Program-made: the position numbers and the translations under genes
The notes under the pieces: generated by a model
The model's input: only the letters and a program-made list of their open reading frames with translations
Database searches by the model: none
Told to the model about the DNA's origin: nothing
NCBI GenBank assembly: GCA_022426155.1
Contig: JAKMEE010000028.1
Span: forward strand, 55,442-119,441
DNA: 64,000 bases
Source of the DNA: Poseidonia sp.
GTDB lineage: Archaea > Thermoplasmatota > Poseidoniia > Poseidoniales > Poseidoniaceae
Direction: 5' to 3'
In this document: positions 9,101-20,600 of the stretch, piece by piece
How positions within the stretch are numbered: position 1 is the first letter of the stretch
Layout of the letters: the number at the start of each line of letters is the position of its first letter

Positions 9101-10718
9101 CTACGTGTTAGGTGGCTTGTTCCTCCTAACAGTTATCTTACCGGTTTTGACATGGCAAATACCCTATCTTTTCTCAAACCGCCCTTTCTGGAACGGGTTG
9201 CAGCGACATGCGCCGAGAACTACCTTGGGTGTTTTGGGAACTTCCTATCTTCTTTGGACCTTGATGCTCGGTTCCATTGATCCTTTCCGCCAAGACCTTC
9301 AAGCCAATGAATTGGCATTCATCGTCCTCGGCTTATTTGAAGTGCTTGCAGGTGTGATGGTTCTGACAAGCTTTGCCCCCTTGATGGTGCAATCCCTTTC
9401 CAAATCACGTGTTTTGACCAAGCGATTTGGGGCCATTGGGCCAGTTGCACTCGCCCACCCACTCGCCCATCCAGTCAGAACTGCCGTGGTGATGGGTATG
9501 TTTTCAATCACCATGTTTTCTGTTGTTGTTCTCTCAGGTTACACGGCACAGTTTGATACATATTCATCGGGTTTTGTTGAAGAGGCAGAGGGTGAATATG
9601 AGTTATTGTTGACATCGACCCGATCTCGACCAATCGAACTCGGGCCCGACCCCGATGAATGGAATATAAGCCATCCATCCATCTCAAACATTGATTCCGT
9701 GGGAGCCATACATCGTGCCCCTGTCCATTTGGAAGATGCTTCAGGCGAGAGAATGCCCTACATCTTACGAGGGTTTGATGAACATTTTTCCTCGCATGGT
9801 GGCTTGCCATTGCACATCTGGGACGAAGCCTTAGGAGAGACTCAAGAAGACGCATGGATTTCAATTGAAAAATTCGATAACATCGTATTTGTTGATGCCT
9901 CCTTTGGACTCGAATCTACCGCCGATGGAACAACGCTTGTTCCCTTGCAACTATCAATTGGAGATTCAATTTCTCTAATTGACTTTTCAAACCCTTCAAA
10001 CACCCGTCAAGTCACGGTTGGAGGTTTCCTGAAACAATCCTCCTACATTTTCTCTCCAGGTGTCTGGATGGATGGGTCTGTCGTGGAGGAGCAATTCGGA
10101 GGCGAAGTGACGAGAATGTACGTGAGTGTCACCCCCTCAGCCGAAGCATCTGAAATGAGTGATTCGCGCGATGTCATCCTCTCCGGCCAGGGAAAGACAC
10201 TCGGGGAGCGGCAGGCGGCCCATGAACTCGAAGAGATTCTGGGCGCAGAACTCGCTTCTGACGGTCTCAATGTCATGACTGTTGCAGAAGAAGTGATGGT
10301 CATACAATCGCTTGTCCTTGCTATCCTTTCTTTGTTTGAAGGGTACCTTGCTCTTGGTTTGATTGTCGGTATCGCTGGCATAGGTGTCGTGACCGTTCGC
10401 AATGTGAGTGAACGTCGCCGAACGATTGGGATGTTAAGGGCTATGGGGTTCCGGCAACGGCATGTGATGGGTGTGTTTGTGCTCGAAACATCCTGGGTGG
10501 CTGTTTTGGGAATGTTGAACGGGTTCATGATCGGTTACGGGTTTCACAAAGTCCTCTATGAGACAATCTGGGCTTCAGAGGGGGCAAGTTTCGTATTTCC
10601 ATGGGCAACGACATTGATGATATTTTTCTTTGCTTGGATCTTCGTCATTCTCGTAACCTATCCCCCTACAAAAGCCGCATCTCGAATTCTTCCGTCCGCT
10701 GCATTACGCGACCGATGA
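6108..10718 (+). CDS. FtsX/MacB-like ABC permease, unusually large (1536 aa)
   Basis: Two FtsX-type TM blocks (RRSELATARALG; ERRRTIGMLRAMG) and large extracytoplasmic domains. GTGA overlap with the ATPase gene. Confidence 0.9.
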   Translation: MNLLIESVVLVLVIALLSTVATLSLGRLDSTGLWVKTLLILGPIVDGWLGMVFLLWLGLGPINAVLGGVLLGIASLTFLQPLLVPRRLVVWRLAMENIRRRKRQSALMIAGLVIASAIITSSLVVGDSLDATVTHEVEASWGSTDLLIAGFNPQTGVAVEFEENVGARIWGALQNDSSTSPHIEGRQHGLATSVSLTNSEGRGEPTVSWFARNSTIDAEQIWEPLGDDGLRFETIRMANEGAQIPQIVLNQAAGDAMKVDVGDVIKMGWYISGEGGQRVHQETNVSVLEIVANTGQGAMAGSVTPAVFTDLRTAQELMKAPGAMNRLSLALKSGMSDADVRTFGETVEEFVNQSLLASDVGFNLTFAESTGTATLSNSAGLGRISGEDVLSLRENMTSFAGNVSMMEVLQVPLIDVSFDNQSLLTLADSDVHTLAYSGSALWHIGLSGAGFEPSDADDSWVWRADDGERINDAAFSPNGTQALLAHDGGIELAAEWASDSTSYASWKTDNSAVAAVWADGEWFVLEANSSNAKLHRFDANLNPQGMEPLTLELPSTVLSYDLSVDIGLHLRVEGLLSTSYYATESLNLFEFLPSEAVDWPSTEPGSDIDLHPRCDNTASVSLSSTLHWCTFEHGLMQWNSTTNNATGIRLPIISEAPGFGQFPQMFLAFGGSDGTQNLEPGHVLLSSRLDTLALDDLSMELAVQGALPYAYGNDTAVFFTNDGAYASLPGFEDLSALESVVLGLISLQDAEILALAGDDERSLLLLSGGDFTNSSLQDKAFEATSLWLDDRSTLDDLHLLVQPVKVDAAEQAEASAGVLSAMFLVFGTFTMAAGVLLVLTIITLLADVRRSELATARALGLRISDARAFFIQEGTVLSLMAGGLGSLVGLGLAWLISIGFSTIFSSVGAQSFRFDWTLDSFLAGWIWGSLIALFLLWVAALWNSNLNIVKALRGARTSLRKGVPWGLYLLQILALGGAVLSYTSLFLLGTSSSLAYLAYVLGGLFLLTVILPVLTWQIPYLFSNRPFWNGLQRHAPRTTLGVLGTSYLLWTLMLGSIDPFRQDLQANELAFIVLGLFEVLAGVMVLTSFAPLMVQSLSKSRVLTKRFGAIGPVALAHPLAHPVRTAVVMGMFSITMFSVVVLSGYTAQFDTYSSGFVEEAEGEYELLLTSTRSRPIELGPDPDEWNISHPSISNIDSVGAIHRAPVHLEDASGERMPYILRGFDEHFSSHGGLPLHIWDEALGETQEDAWISIEKFDNIVFVDASFGLESTADGTTLVPLQLSIGDSISLIDFSNPSNTRQVTVGGFLKQSSYIFSPGVWMDGSVVEEQFGGEVTRMYVSVTPSAEASEMSDSRDVILSGQGKTLGERQAAHELEEILGAELASDGLNVMTVAEEVMVIQSLVLAILSLFEGYLALGLIVGIAGIGVVTVRNVSERRRTIGMLRAMGFRQRHVMGVFVLETSWVAVLGMLNGFMIGYGFHKVLYETIWASEGASFVFPWATTLMIFFFAWIFVILVTYPPTKAASRILPSAALRDR

Positions 10719-10856
10719 AAGCCTCAACAAGTCACAATGGCTACGGATTCACAAAGCGAGTGAACCAATTCACAAAGGAATCGGCCTACTGGTCGGTAGT
10801 GAGGTTATTGAAATCGCTGTTTTTGGGTGAATTTTCCAATAATCAACCTTCCTATA

Positions 10857-10865
10857 GTATAAATA
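10857..10865 (+). promoter_or_regulatory. Putative TATA box of the 1055-aa surface protein gene
   Basis: TATAAATAC about 50 bp upstream of ATG 10912. Confidence 0.5.
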
Positions 10866-10911
10866 CGACGCATGATGTGGGGAGGGTTACCGAACCATCG
10901 GGGGTATAGAC

Positions 10912-13900
10912 ATGAAGAATATGACACCAATGATTCTCGGACTGTTAATGATGACCAGCGTACTTGCTGGAATTGACTTCACCGAGCTTGAAGAAACCGT
11001 GGTAATTGACGAAACAGGGGCCCGCTCAGGCGCCGACCCTGCCGTGATTGCCATCACCACGCCGAAAGAAACCACGTGTGACATCCTAGGATGCCGCAAC
11101 GAGTTGAAAGTCGGCGAGCCGACCAACTTTGCAGCCTACATTAGGAATCTAGGCGATGCAGACGTAGAAGAGATGAGTTACACTGTAACTGTCTACTTGA
11201 CGGATTCACTAGGTGCCGTCGGTAATATCGCTAGCGACACCAGCGGAAACCCACTGCAATGGGAAAACCTCGACGCAGTATGTGATGATGGGTCGGTATG
11301 TGACTTTGACTCAACAGATACAGCACAGGCGTTCACCCCAGGTAACGACCTTGGAGGTGGAAAACTCATCCTCATGAAAGCAGGCAATGCCATTGAATGG
11401 ACTCCTACTCAAGGTACCTACATCGTTGAAGTCTCAGTTGACGCTGGATCCGATGCAGACATCGCCAACAACGTGGAACAAATTGATGTTTCCGTTATTG
11501 ATTGGTTCGACATCTCTGTTGAACTCACATGGGATGAACTTGATGCAGAGGGCAACCCAAAGACTTCCGTGACCGGCGCAGGTGACAAAGGATTTACCTT
11601 GACTGTGGAAGCAGATGGGTCTTCAGACTTCAGCCCTCGTGATGTCGAAGTGGTGGTCCTCCTCAGCGGAGATGCTACTGCAACGACTGTTGCTAACGAC
11701 GGTGTTGGTTCGACAGTGTTCCCTGGAACAATGCAAACCGTCCGCACATTCGAGAATGAAAGCGACCCTTCAGATTACACTAATTCAACCACCACTATGG
11801 TTTTGGATTACCAAACCCCTTGGACCTTCACCGGCCTGGTTAGTCCTGACGGCGACAACAACGAATCCCGATATGAGTTGACCGCTGAACTTCTTGGATA
11901 CGCCTCCTATGGCCAATTTGCAGATTGTGAAGAGACCTGGGACGATGGTGCTGGAAACTCCACCACTTGGCGACACTTCTGTGAAGTTGAACAAACCGGT
12001 GATGACCGTGCAACCACTGATTTCTCAGAAATCACAGGCGCAGTCCAGAACTACCACGATATTCGTATCAGTCGCATGGGCGTCTACCAAGGATACGAAG
12101 GTGCAGATGCAACTGGTACCCCTAGTAGCACCGTTGACGACTCCTCTGATGCAGACCTTAACGTTGGCCCATCTCGAGTATACGCGCTCTTGGAGCACCG
12201 CGGAACCGATGCTAACATCGGATATGGCTGGGATGTTACCTACTCCATCACTCATGATGGAAACAATGTTGACAGTGGAATGGTCAATGAATGCATGGAA
12301 GGTATCGAGATGCCCTATGAGTACCAACCTCTCGGCGGTATGGCAGGTCAACTGATTGCAACTGTTTGCGTAGAAGTTAACCTTGAACCAGGATCTTACA
12401 CCTTTGACTTCATGTTGAACATGGATGACAAAGGAGACTCTGCTTCACCACCAGGTCAAGAAATGTGGGTTGGTGCATACGATGCACGTACCTCAAACAA
12501 TGACCGTTCGATGACATCGTCCGTTGTTAACAATCTCCCCCTCATCACGTCATTTGAACTGGTGAACACAGGAGACCTGATTGTTGGACAAGACGATAAC
12601 TTGCAACTTACCGTTACCGCTTTTGACGTTGATGACCCAGCTGGATCAGAACTCAATTTCATCTACAACATCGTTGGAGGCCAACTCCCATGTGGTGGTG
12701 CAATGGCAGATGGTGGTACCCTTTGTAATGTTCCAATCGTCCAAGATTACGTCACAGACTTCCCAGTGACTGTTGTTGTAGAAGACAACCACGGCGGCCA
12801 AGTCAGTGAAGAACTCATTCTTGAAATCTGGAACACACAGACCGGAGTGGGTGAAACTGCTACCGAAGTGTCAATCGAATATCCGTTGACATACTACTCC
12901 CCTGGAAACTTCACGGTTAGTACTTGGGCCGATGCGGATATTTCAGACTACACTGGCGAAGTGCTTCCTGATTTCTCGGGAACCTACGACGCTGTTGCAG
13001 CTGTCTCATACGCTCCAAGCACCACCTTTAGTGCAAGTGACGTGCTTTCACAGTCTCTCTCAGTGACAGTCCCTAAGGCCCTTGAAGCAACCTCTCTATG
13101 GTATGTTGACTCAACCGGTAAGTGGGTGCTCTTCTCAGACACAGCAGTCGATGCTGAAGAGGACGGTAACAACTTCGAAGTTTTCACCTACAACATCCCT
13201 GCAAACAGCCCTGTTGTCCCTGCTGGTGATCTGGTGTTGATGGGTGGCGCACTTGCTCAAGCAAGCATTCCAGACGCTACAATCAGTGGATTTGACGCAA
13301 AAGCCGAAAGGGCAGGTGCTATCTCCATGATTTGGAACGTCTCGGGAACTATGTTACAGAGTGACAACATCGTTGTCTCCATCTGTGCTGCTGATGCTAA
13401 CTGTACTGCCCCGTTCACTGCAACCACTGGCGATGAAGACCGAACTTACTCCTACTCTGGTGGTAGCACCACACACGGTGAAACATACTTCGTAACTGTC
13501 GCAGTTTGCAACGAAGAAGGCTGTTCTACACCTGGGTACAAAGAAGTCGTCGCAGACAAAGAGGTTGACGGCGATGTCTCTGCTACAGGAATGACCGTTG
13601 AAGAAAACGGTGAAACCTGGATCGTGAAATGGACCATCGAAGGCGATGATTCCGATGTTGCAATGTGGCATGTTTGCATGGTTCGTGGCGAAGACTTCAC
13701 CGCAGCCACCATGCCTATGGGCACTGGTGCTGGTGAGCCATGTGAATCAAACACAATGAACAACACGGTCACCATCGATAAGCCAACAACTGCGGGTACG
13801 TTTACCTACTACTTCACGGCCGTCCCAATGGATGAATTGGGCAACATGGATGCAGCAGGTTCAATGAACACTGCAGATTACTTCCGTGCAGCTGATAACA

Positions 13901-14079
13901 CCAACGTCAACGACGGCAATGGAACCATTGGTGGCGATTCCGCAGACGACGCGTCGGGAGATATCCCAATGGCGGCCTGGGGCATGATTGCTGGTGTTGT
14001 CATCATCGCCTTTGTAGCCGGTGCTTTCATTCTCTCTCGAGGAGATGAAGAAGGCGGCGACAAGGACTTTGATTACTGA
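10912..14079 (+). CDS. Large membrane-anchored surface protein (1055 aa) with CARDB/Ig-like and Fn3-like modules
   Basis: Signal peptide; CARDB-like segment (AAYIRNLG...EVSVDAGSDADIANN); Fn3-like (MIWNVSG...YFVTVAVCNEEGCS); C-terminal TM helix and short acidic tail. Strong C-ending codon bias. Confidence 0.85.
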   Translation: MKNMTPMILGLLMMTSVLAGIDFTELEETVVIDETGARSGADPAVIAITTPKETTCDILGCRNELKVGEPTNFAAYIRNLGDADVEEMSYTVTVYLTDSLGAVGNIASDTSGNPLQWENLDAVCDDGSVCDFDSTDTAQAFTPGNDLGGGKLILMKAGNAIEWTPTQGTYIVEVSVDAGSDADIANNVEQIDVSVIDWFDISVELTWDELDAEGNPKTSVTGAGDKGFTLTVEADGSSDFSPRDVEVVVLLSGDATATTVANDGVGSTVFPGTMQTVRTFENESDPSDYTNSTTTMVLDYQTPWTFTGLVSPDGDNNESRYELTAELLGYASYGQFADCEETWDDGAGNSTTWRHFCEVEQTGDDRATTDFSEITGAVQNYHDIRISRMGVYQGYEGADATGTPSSTVDDSSDADLNVGPSRVYALLEHRGTDANIGYGWDVTYSITHDGNNVDSGMVNECMEGIEMPYEYQPLGGMAGQLIATVCVEVNLEPGSYTFDFMLNMDDKGDSASPPGQEMWVGAYDARTSNNDRSMTSSVVNNLPLITSFELVNTGDLIVGQDDNLQLTVTAFDVDDPAGSELNFIYNIVGGQLPCGGAMADGGTLCNVPIVQDYVTDFPVTVVVEDNHGGQVSEELILEIWNTQTGVGETATEVSIEYPLTYYSPGNFTVSTWADADISDYTGEVLPDFSGTYDAVAAVSYAPSTTFSASDVLSQSLSVTVPKALEATSLWYVDSTGKWVLFSDTAVDAEEDGNNFEVFTYNIPANSPVVPAGDLVLMGGALAQASIPDATISGFDAKAERAGAISMIWNVSGTMLQSDNIVVSICAADANCTAPFTATTGDEDRTYSYSGGSTTHGETYFVTVAVCNEEGCSTPGYKEVVADKEVDGDVSATGMTVEENGETWIVKWTIEGDDSDVAMWHVCMVRGEDFTAATMPMGTGAGEPCESNTMNNTVTIDKPTTAGTFTYYFTAVPMDELGNMDAAGSMNTADYFRAADNTNVNDGNGTIGGDSADDASGDIPMAAWGMIAGVVIIAFVAGAFILSRGDEEGGDKDFDY

Positions 14080-14108
14080 TTGGTAACATCGTTCCTTCAG
14101 CAACAATC

Positions 14109-14172
14109 CACCTTTCATCAGAAAGGTGTACAACGCTGGGGGGGCTGCTTCGGCGGCCCCTTCAGCCTTTTT
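14109..14172 (+). terminator. Tandem hairpins followed by a pyrimidine tract
   Basis: CACCTTTC-ATCA-GAAAGGTG (14109..14128), then GGGGCTGC-TTCG-GCGGCCCC extended by GCTG/CAGC (14135..14166), followed by CTTTTT and a C/T tract. Confidence 0.65.
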
Positions 14173-14625
14173 CCTCTTCCTTCTCTCGCTTTCAGTTGAG
14201 TCTACTCGATGAAGATTTAATCTAAATATTGAACCAGACAACAACCGGCTCAACTCACAGCAGCTCCAAATTCCGATTGATGGAAAGGTCATTCTTCAGT
14301 ACTCATGACCATTTGCGATATCTCTTGCTGGTAGCATGGTCCATCAGTTGCAGAAAAGATCAACGTTCATCAGGATTAAATTGGGCGAGAATAAGCGTAT
14401 ATTATTTTGATAGAATTCGACACGTTATCAGGCAAATATTGATCTTTATCCAAGCGCTGTTATTTTTGGTATGAAATCAATCCCATTTATTCGGAAATAT
14501 CTCCGTGGTATCGTGGTTAATTATTGGCAGGACCTTCGTTTTTTCAAATGTTATGCACCCCAATCCTCATAAGGGGTGTAAGATGTGGGATGCACTGCAT
14601 ACAGTCCGTATGAGGTGAATGACAC

Positions 14626-17600
14626 ATGTTGGGAACTAAGAAAAACCAGAAAAAAACCGTGTTTGGCGGTATCGGAATTGCACTGTTGTTGTGCGCACTA
14701 ATGGCACTCATGCCTATGAGTGGCTTCGTCAACAACAATGCTGAAGAAAGCAACTTTGTGGAAGCAGAAACGACTTCGGTCGATGAAGACTTCTTCAAAC
14801 TGCCCGATAACCTACAAGCATCAGAATACGAATATGACCCATCGCTTGAATTGCAAGGGATGAGAGACGCAAACGTGAAGACCTTCATCAATGATGAAGG
14901 CGATATGGTGCAGTTGACTGCATCAGAACCTCTTCACTACATGACAAATGATGGCGCTTGGGCCAACATCGATTTGAACATCGAAGCAACACCCAATGGC
15001 TACCAGGTCGTAGAGAACACCTTTGCCAGCTACTTCGCTCCAGAAGTGTCTGGTGGAATCATCGTTCAACCCAATCAATGGGTTGATCCTATGGTTTCCG
15101 GTATCAATCCTACGATTGTCACATTGGATGAGGCAGCAGTCGCTCCTCGACCATACGATGCTGGACCTTCGTCCAAAGGCGTCGAAATCGGTGGAAACGT
15201 CATCCGCTATCCAATTGCAGAAGGCTTTGATTTGGACTACACAGTCATGCAAAACGAAGTCAAGCAAAATCTCATCATCCGCGAACGCCCAGTTTTGGAT
15301 GAAACTGCAGAATGGTTCGGCCTAACCGAAGCCCTTCGAATGCCAGTTGGTTACGCCCTCTACTCAGGGGAAACCATGTTGGGCGAAGAGATCTTCCAAA
15401 CTCAGGAGTCTCTTTACGTTCGTAACATCGAAACCGGTGAAATGCTGGTTGAGATTCCTACGCCAGTGATTGTTGAAGAAGGCCAAGAGGCTCCATACGT
15501 TGGAACCTTCTTTGTCCAAGTAAACGGTCCTGACATCATCTTGACCACAGCAGTCGACACCGATTGGCTTCTGTCTGATGACCGTGTCTTCCCCTTGGGA
15601 CTTGACCCAACCATCAAGGTCAACAGCGCTAACGGTGGATATTGTTACATCTACTACGGATACTGCTACAACAACGCAAACTACCGATACGCCTACCGAT
15701 ACTACGGTAGCCTGTATTACTACCCCTGGGCTAAAATGACCTTCTCCAGCTCCTCCCAACTCCCAACAGGAGCTACGGTTTCAAAGATTGAGTACAAGCA
15801 TTACATGCAATACTGGTACAGTTATTCCTCCAGTAACTCAAACGCCAAGGCCAAGATTCTCGAAAGCTGTGGTACTGACGCACGATACAACTACGGTATC
15901 ACGAGCGCAAGTTGCAGCGGTGCAATTTCCGCTAACCTCTTGTCAGGAAGCAATTCTAACTTGAATGAGCGTAAGCTGATTTCATCCATCGGTAACTCAC
16001 CCAACGGGCCAAGCATGGCCCGAGGAACCGGTTGGAAGACCGCTACTCTCTGTAACAGCGCAACAGCCTGTTCAGGTTCAACAAACGGTGTGAACTACAT
16101 CACCTCCGCTCAAAGCAATGCTGGTACAATCGGTACAAGCATGGTCTTGACCGTGAACACTTACACCTACACCTACCACCGTGGATCAGGTACTTCAAAC
16201 AATTACATTGCCATCACCTACACCGGTGGTGTTGATGCAGATGCACCAACCCCAGATTTCGTCCCATACACAGGAATTGACTCCTATGTTGAGGGAGAGC
16301 GAACGTTCTTCATCACATTGCAAGACAACTCTGGTATTGATACAACATCATCCAACGGCCCTAAACTTGTGTACTCCACTGATGGTGGATCCACATGGGC
16401 CTCGACCACCTATGGATTGGGCACCAACAATGCTCTAGATGCAGGTGAAGTGATTTCAATAGGCACATGCAGTTCAACCACCACTGAATGTAAATTCAAG
16501 GCTCGAACACCAAAGGTTGAGTACGGCGATGACTTCCGTTATTACTGGAAGTTTGAGGACCTCAACACCGGTAGCAGTGGCCACAACGTTGGATATATGC
16601 CAGCTTTGACAGGAACACAAACTACGCCTACGGCTTACCAGTTCGATGTCATTGACCCAGTTAATGCACCAACCTCTTCAAAGAAGATGACTGTGCTATC
16701 AACAGATGTCCATGCAGGAAGTTACTACAACCCTTCAGGATACCTCGACCGACAAATGACCTACTACAGTGCCAACGACGAATATTTCTTCGAATTTGAC
16801 ACCTCAGGTTGCGGCACAGGCTCCAGTGCTTGCTGGTACACCAGCACCAGTACCTTCTATGGAAACTGGATTGCACGATGGTCCAACGCACCCGGTACTG
16901 GCTCCTACGGAATGAACAGCGGAACCAACAGCGGTAATCAAATGCTGTGGACTCAAACTGACGGATACCTACAAATTGCTGCTAAAGACGGCCCAGGGAT
17001 GAACCTGGCCTTCTTGTATGATTCAACCAGCAATAAGTGGGCCGTGGTTGGTATTGGTACATCTACTGATATCGGTACACCACTGACAGGTGGAGCAACT
17101 GCATCCACGTCTACGGGCTACGGTTACACGAATGCTTACAAATTTGCCATCCCTGGTGACATCACTGGAGACTTTGGTAAGTTCAGCTTCAACAGTACTG
17201 GAAGTTCGAGCGTCGCTGACCGAATGTGTGTTACGACAAATGGATGGTACTACTTCTACCGAGCAACATCCACTGACCGTTGTACGTCTGCGTACTACAT
17301 GATCTATGGAGCTGCTAGCTCATACCGCTGGAGCGGATTTGCTCTTGGGTCTGGATACTACGGTCGCCAAGCGTCTACTGGCTCCATAACCTACAAGGTA
17401 GGAAATGTTGCACCTACGCCTGACACATTCAAACCAATGTTCACCCACTCAGCAATGGCTGATTCGCACGCAAAGACACGAACTGTTTCCGTTGACATTC
17501 TTGATGCAGGGGATCCAGCATCTGGTCTGAACGTGAACACATCTGCTGGCGTGGGGCCAACGCTCTACCACCGAGTCACCCCCGACGGTGGTTCAGCTGG

Positions 17601-20600
17601 TAGCTGGGTCTCTACCCTGATGACTCAAAGTGGTACCTCTCGTGCCGCTTGTACTCTCGCAGAATGTACTTGGAGTGCTGACATTGAGGATTTGGAAGTC
17701 AACGACTCTGTGGAATACTACTTCACTGCTCGTGACGTTTCAAATGTATCTGCAGGAATTAACTCAAACACATCTTCAACAAACACATTCGAGCGTGGAG
17801 ACCCGACTAAGGTCTTCGTCGTGGAATGGGTTGACAGAGCATACTACACCTACGGTACATACTGCACCGTCCAAGCGTTGTTCTATGACGTGACCAATGA
17901 GATTGAATACAAGTACGACTCAAACTGCCGTACTACCTACAACTCCTGGTCGATTGGTTACATGGATCAAACACGACAAAAGGGTGCGAGCATTGCTCAC
18001 AGTGCATCCACTTCCTTCAACAGTAACCCTGGGCATACCCCCGTGACTAGCAACTTCCGCATCTCGACAAGTTCGACAGCACACGCCTATGAAGCGTTTG
18101 ACCAAGGTCTCGTTGAATTGTCGAATGCCAACACAGCTTTGTCAGGTAACTCCAATGGACGTCCGTACACCTACTACTGCTGGTATTATTACAGCAGTTA
18201 CAAGAACGACTGTAACGCCAACATTGACTTGCCATCTGGATTTGAATTCGACTACTTCGGAACGACCTACGATGGTGATGACTCCAACGACCGTGTTCAA
18301 ATCGGCCGTCAAGGATACATGTACTTCATTGACAACAATAACCAAAACGTTGAGCGAGGTGTCTGGACATGGCACAACCCTGAATTGCCTTACAGCGGCA
18401 CAAGCATTGCACGTGCTGGTCTAATTGCACCATTCTGGTCCAACTACAACAACTACTACTGTTTCTCAACAAGCAGTGTTGACTGTTCAACCTACTACCG
18501 TATCATGCCTTACGAAGGCAAGGGTACGGATGTTACAGCTGACATCACTGCAGACCCGAACTGGGATCTGACTGACAGCCCAATCCGCATCAATCCATCC
18601 AACGACTATTTGGTTGTGTCATCTGACCTGACCATTCAACCAGGCGTTGAGATTGAAATTGCAGCAGGAAAGGGTATCTCCTTTGATGGAGCATGCACAA
18701 AGTTCACTGCTAACGGTAACGCAACACACCCCATCACCTTCACCGGAATGAACGGTGCAGAATGGTTGGGTATGGCCTTCACTGATGATTGTACATCAGC
18801 TGGTGGCACAGATGACCGTCACCAATTCACGCATGTGAGCTTCAACAACACATCTGACGCAGTCTTCCAATCTGGAAGCCGTCACGATGGGACAGGGCCA
18901 TCCTGTGGAAGCAGCACAGCCGATTGTAACACCGGTAACTACACCATGAGCGAAGTCTCTTTCACCGACGTTGGTGGAATCTTCTCTCACGGAAGTGGAC
19001 AAGGTACTGTTTTGTCAATGTCTGACTTTACAGTTAGTGGTGTTTCAGGCGCTTGTTTCGACTTTGCCGAGAATACTGTGGCAACACTGATGGAAGGAAC
19101 TGTTGAGAACTGTAACACCGATGGTGGTGCTGGAGACGGTGCAATTATCAGTGTCACAGGATCAACTGCAGGTATGCTTCATGTGGAGAACACCACCTTT
19201 AGCAACTCCTACAAGAACTTCATCAGCACTGATCTTGCTGGTATGTTCTTGAGCAACGTGAGTGTTACCAATACTGGTGCACAAGCAGGACATGCAGTGA
19301 CCCACAACCCATCTGTTGGAAGTGGATCCACGACATACATGTACAACGTCGACGCTGATTCCTACGCAACTGCGAACCTATTTGCAATGGACTCCATGAA
19401 CTTGGAAGATGTTGACTTTGGAACAGCCACCATGGCACTCACGCCTGGCGGCACCTCCCAAACAGGTAATGGGCCATCTGGAACCTCTGCAACTCTGGAC
19501 ACAATCACCGCTGGTGATGTGACCATGCAACGCATGCATCCATCAGTCTTCACAGATTTGACTGCAGGCGATGTTAGCATGACTGGTAACACCATCACAT
19601 CTGATGTATTGGCCATGGACAACTTTGACGTAGGCGCTATGGTCGTAACTGGCTGTGGATGGTCTATGAAAATGGTGAACCCATCCATGGACCGTATCAA
19701 GAGTTCTGCATCATGTACGACCTCAAAGAATACGTTGGTCATTGACGGTGGTTCAATCACACACACATCAACAACAGAGCACGCTATTGATGGACGAAAC
19801 TCCCGCATCACCGTCGGTGAAGTGAGTGTTACTAGTTCCACCATTGGCTCAGGCGCTGAACTTGCTAAGGCTCGAACGGGTACGGATATCGTCCTTATCG
19901 CAGTCGACCTAAACGGTGATGATTGTTCAGACGAGAACGGAGATACAGGAAACTGTGACTACGATGTTTCTTCATCGACCTCCAACCCGTCCATGATTTA
20001 CTTCGGTGGATTGGCATCTATTCGTGTGTACCGCCTCGCTAGTGGAACTCAAGTGTGGAAGTCTGGCCATATGGTGACAGCAACACTCCTCGACGCAAAC
20101 CAAAACGAAATGTTCCAAGTTGGCGCTCACCGCACCAACGCTAGCGGAAACACCAGTGTTTGGGTTGTTGTCGGAGATAGCGACACTACTTCCTACGAAG
20201 ATCACATTGTGCGTGCATTCGGGTCTGCAGGTCAGAACGAGACCTACCCGGAAGACTACTCCGATGTGACTCTTGCAAGCGATTGGTATCCGACTACCGG
20301 ATTCAACTGGGGAACCCACTTGGACCTCCTTTTGGAACCTGCTCCAGTCACCTTTAGTGATCCAGCCACGGATTGTTCCAGCATGATTGCGAACACCTCG
20401 TTGGCAGGAAACTACGATGCGCCATCCAACACTTTCACGTTTGATGATACATCAATTACTATTGCTGCAGATTTCATGATTGATGGATGTAACTTCGAAT
20501 TGCAGGGTGGTGTGTTGAAGGTTCTCAGTACAGCAACCTCGTCTCCTGTGATCACGATCAAGGACGGTGGATCACTCACCGCTAACGATGATGGTACTTC

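Noticed and set aside
14194-14625. Replication origin in the AT-rich gap
   Set aside because: No ORB-like repeats recognised and no cdc6/orc1 gene in the window.
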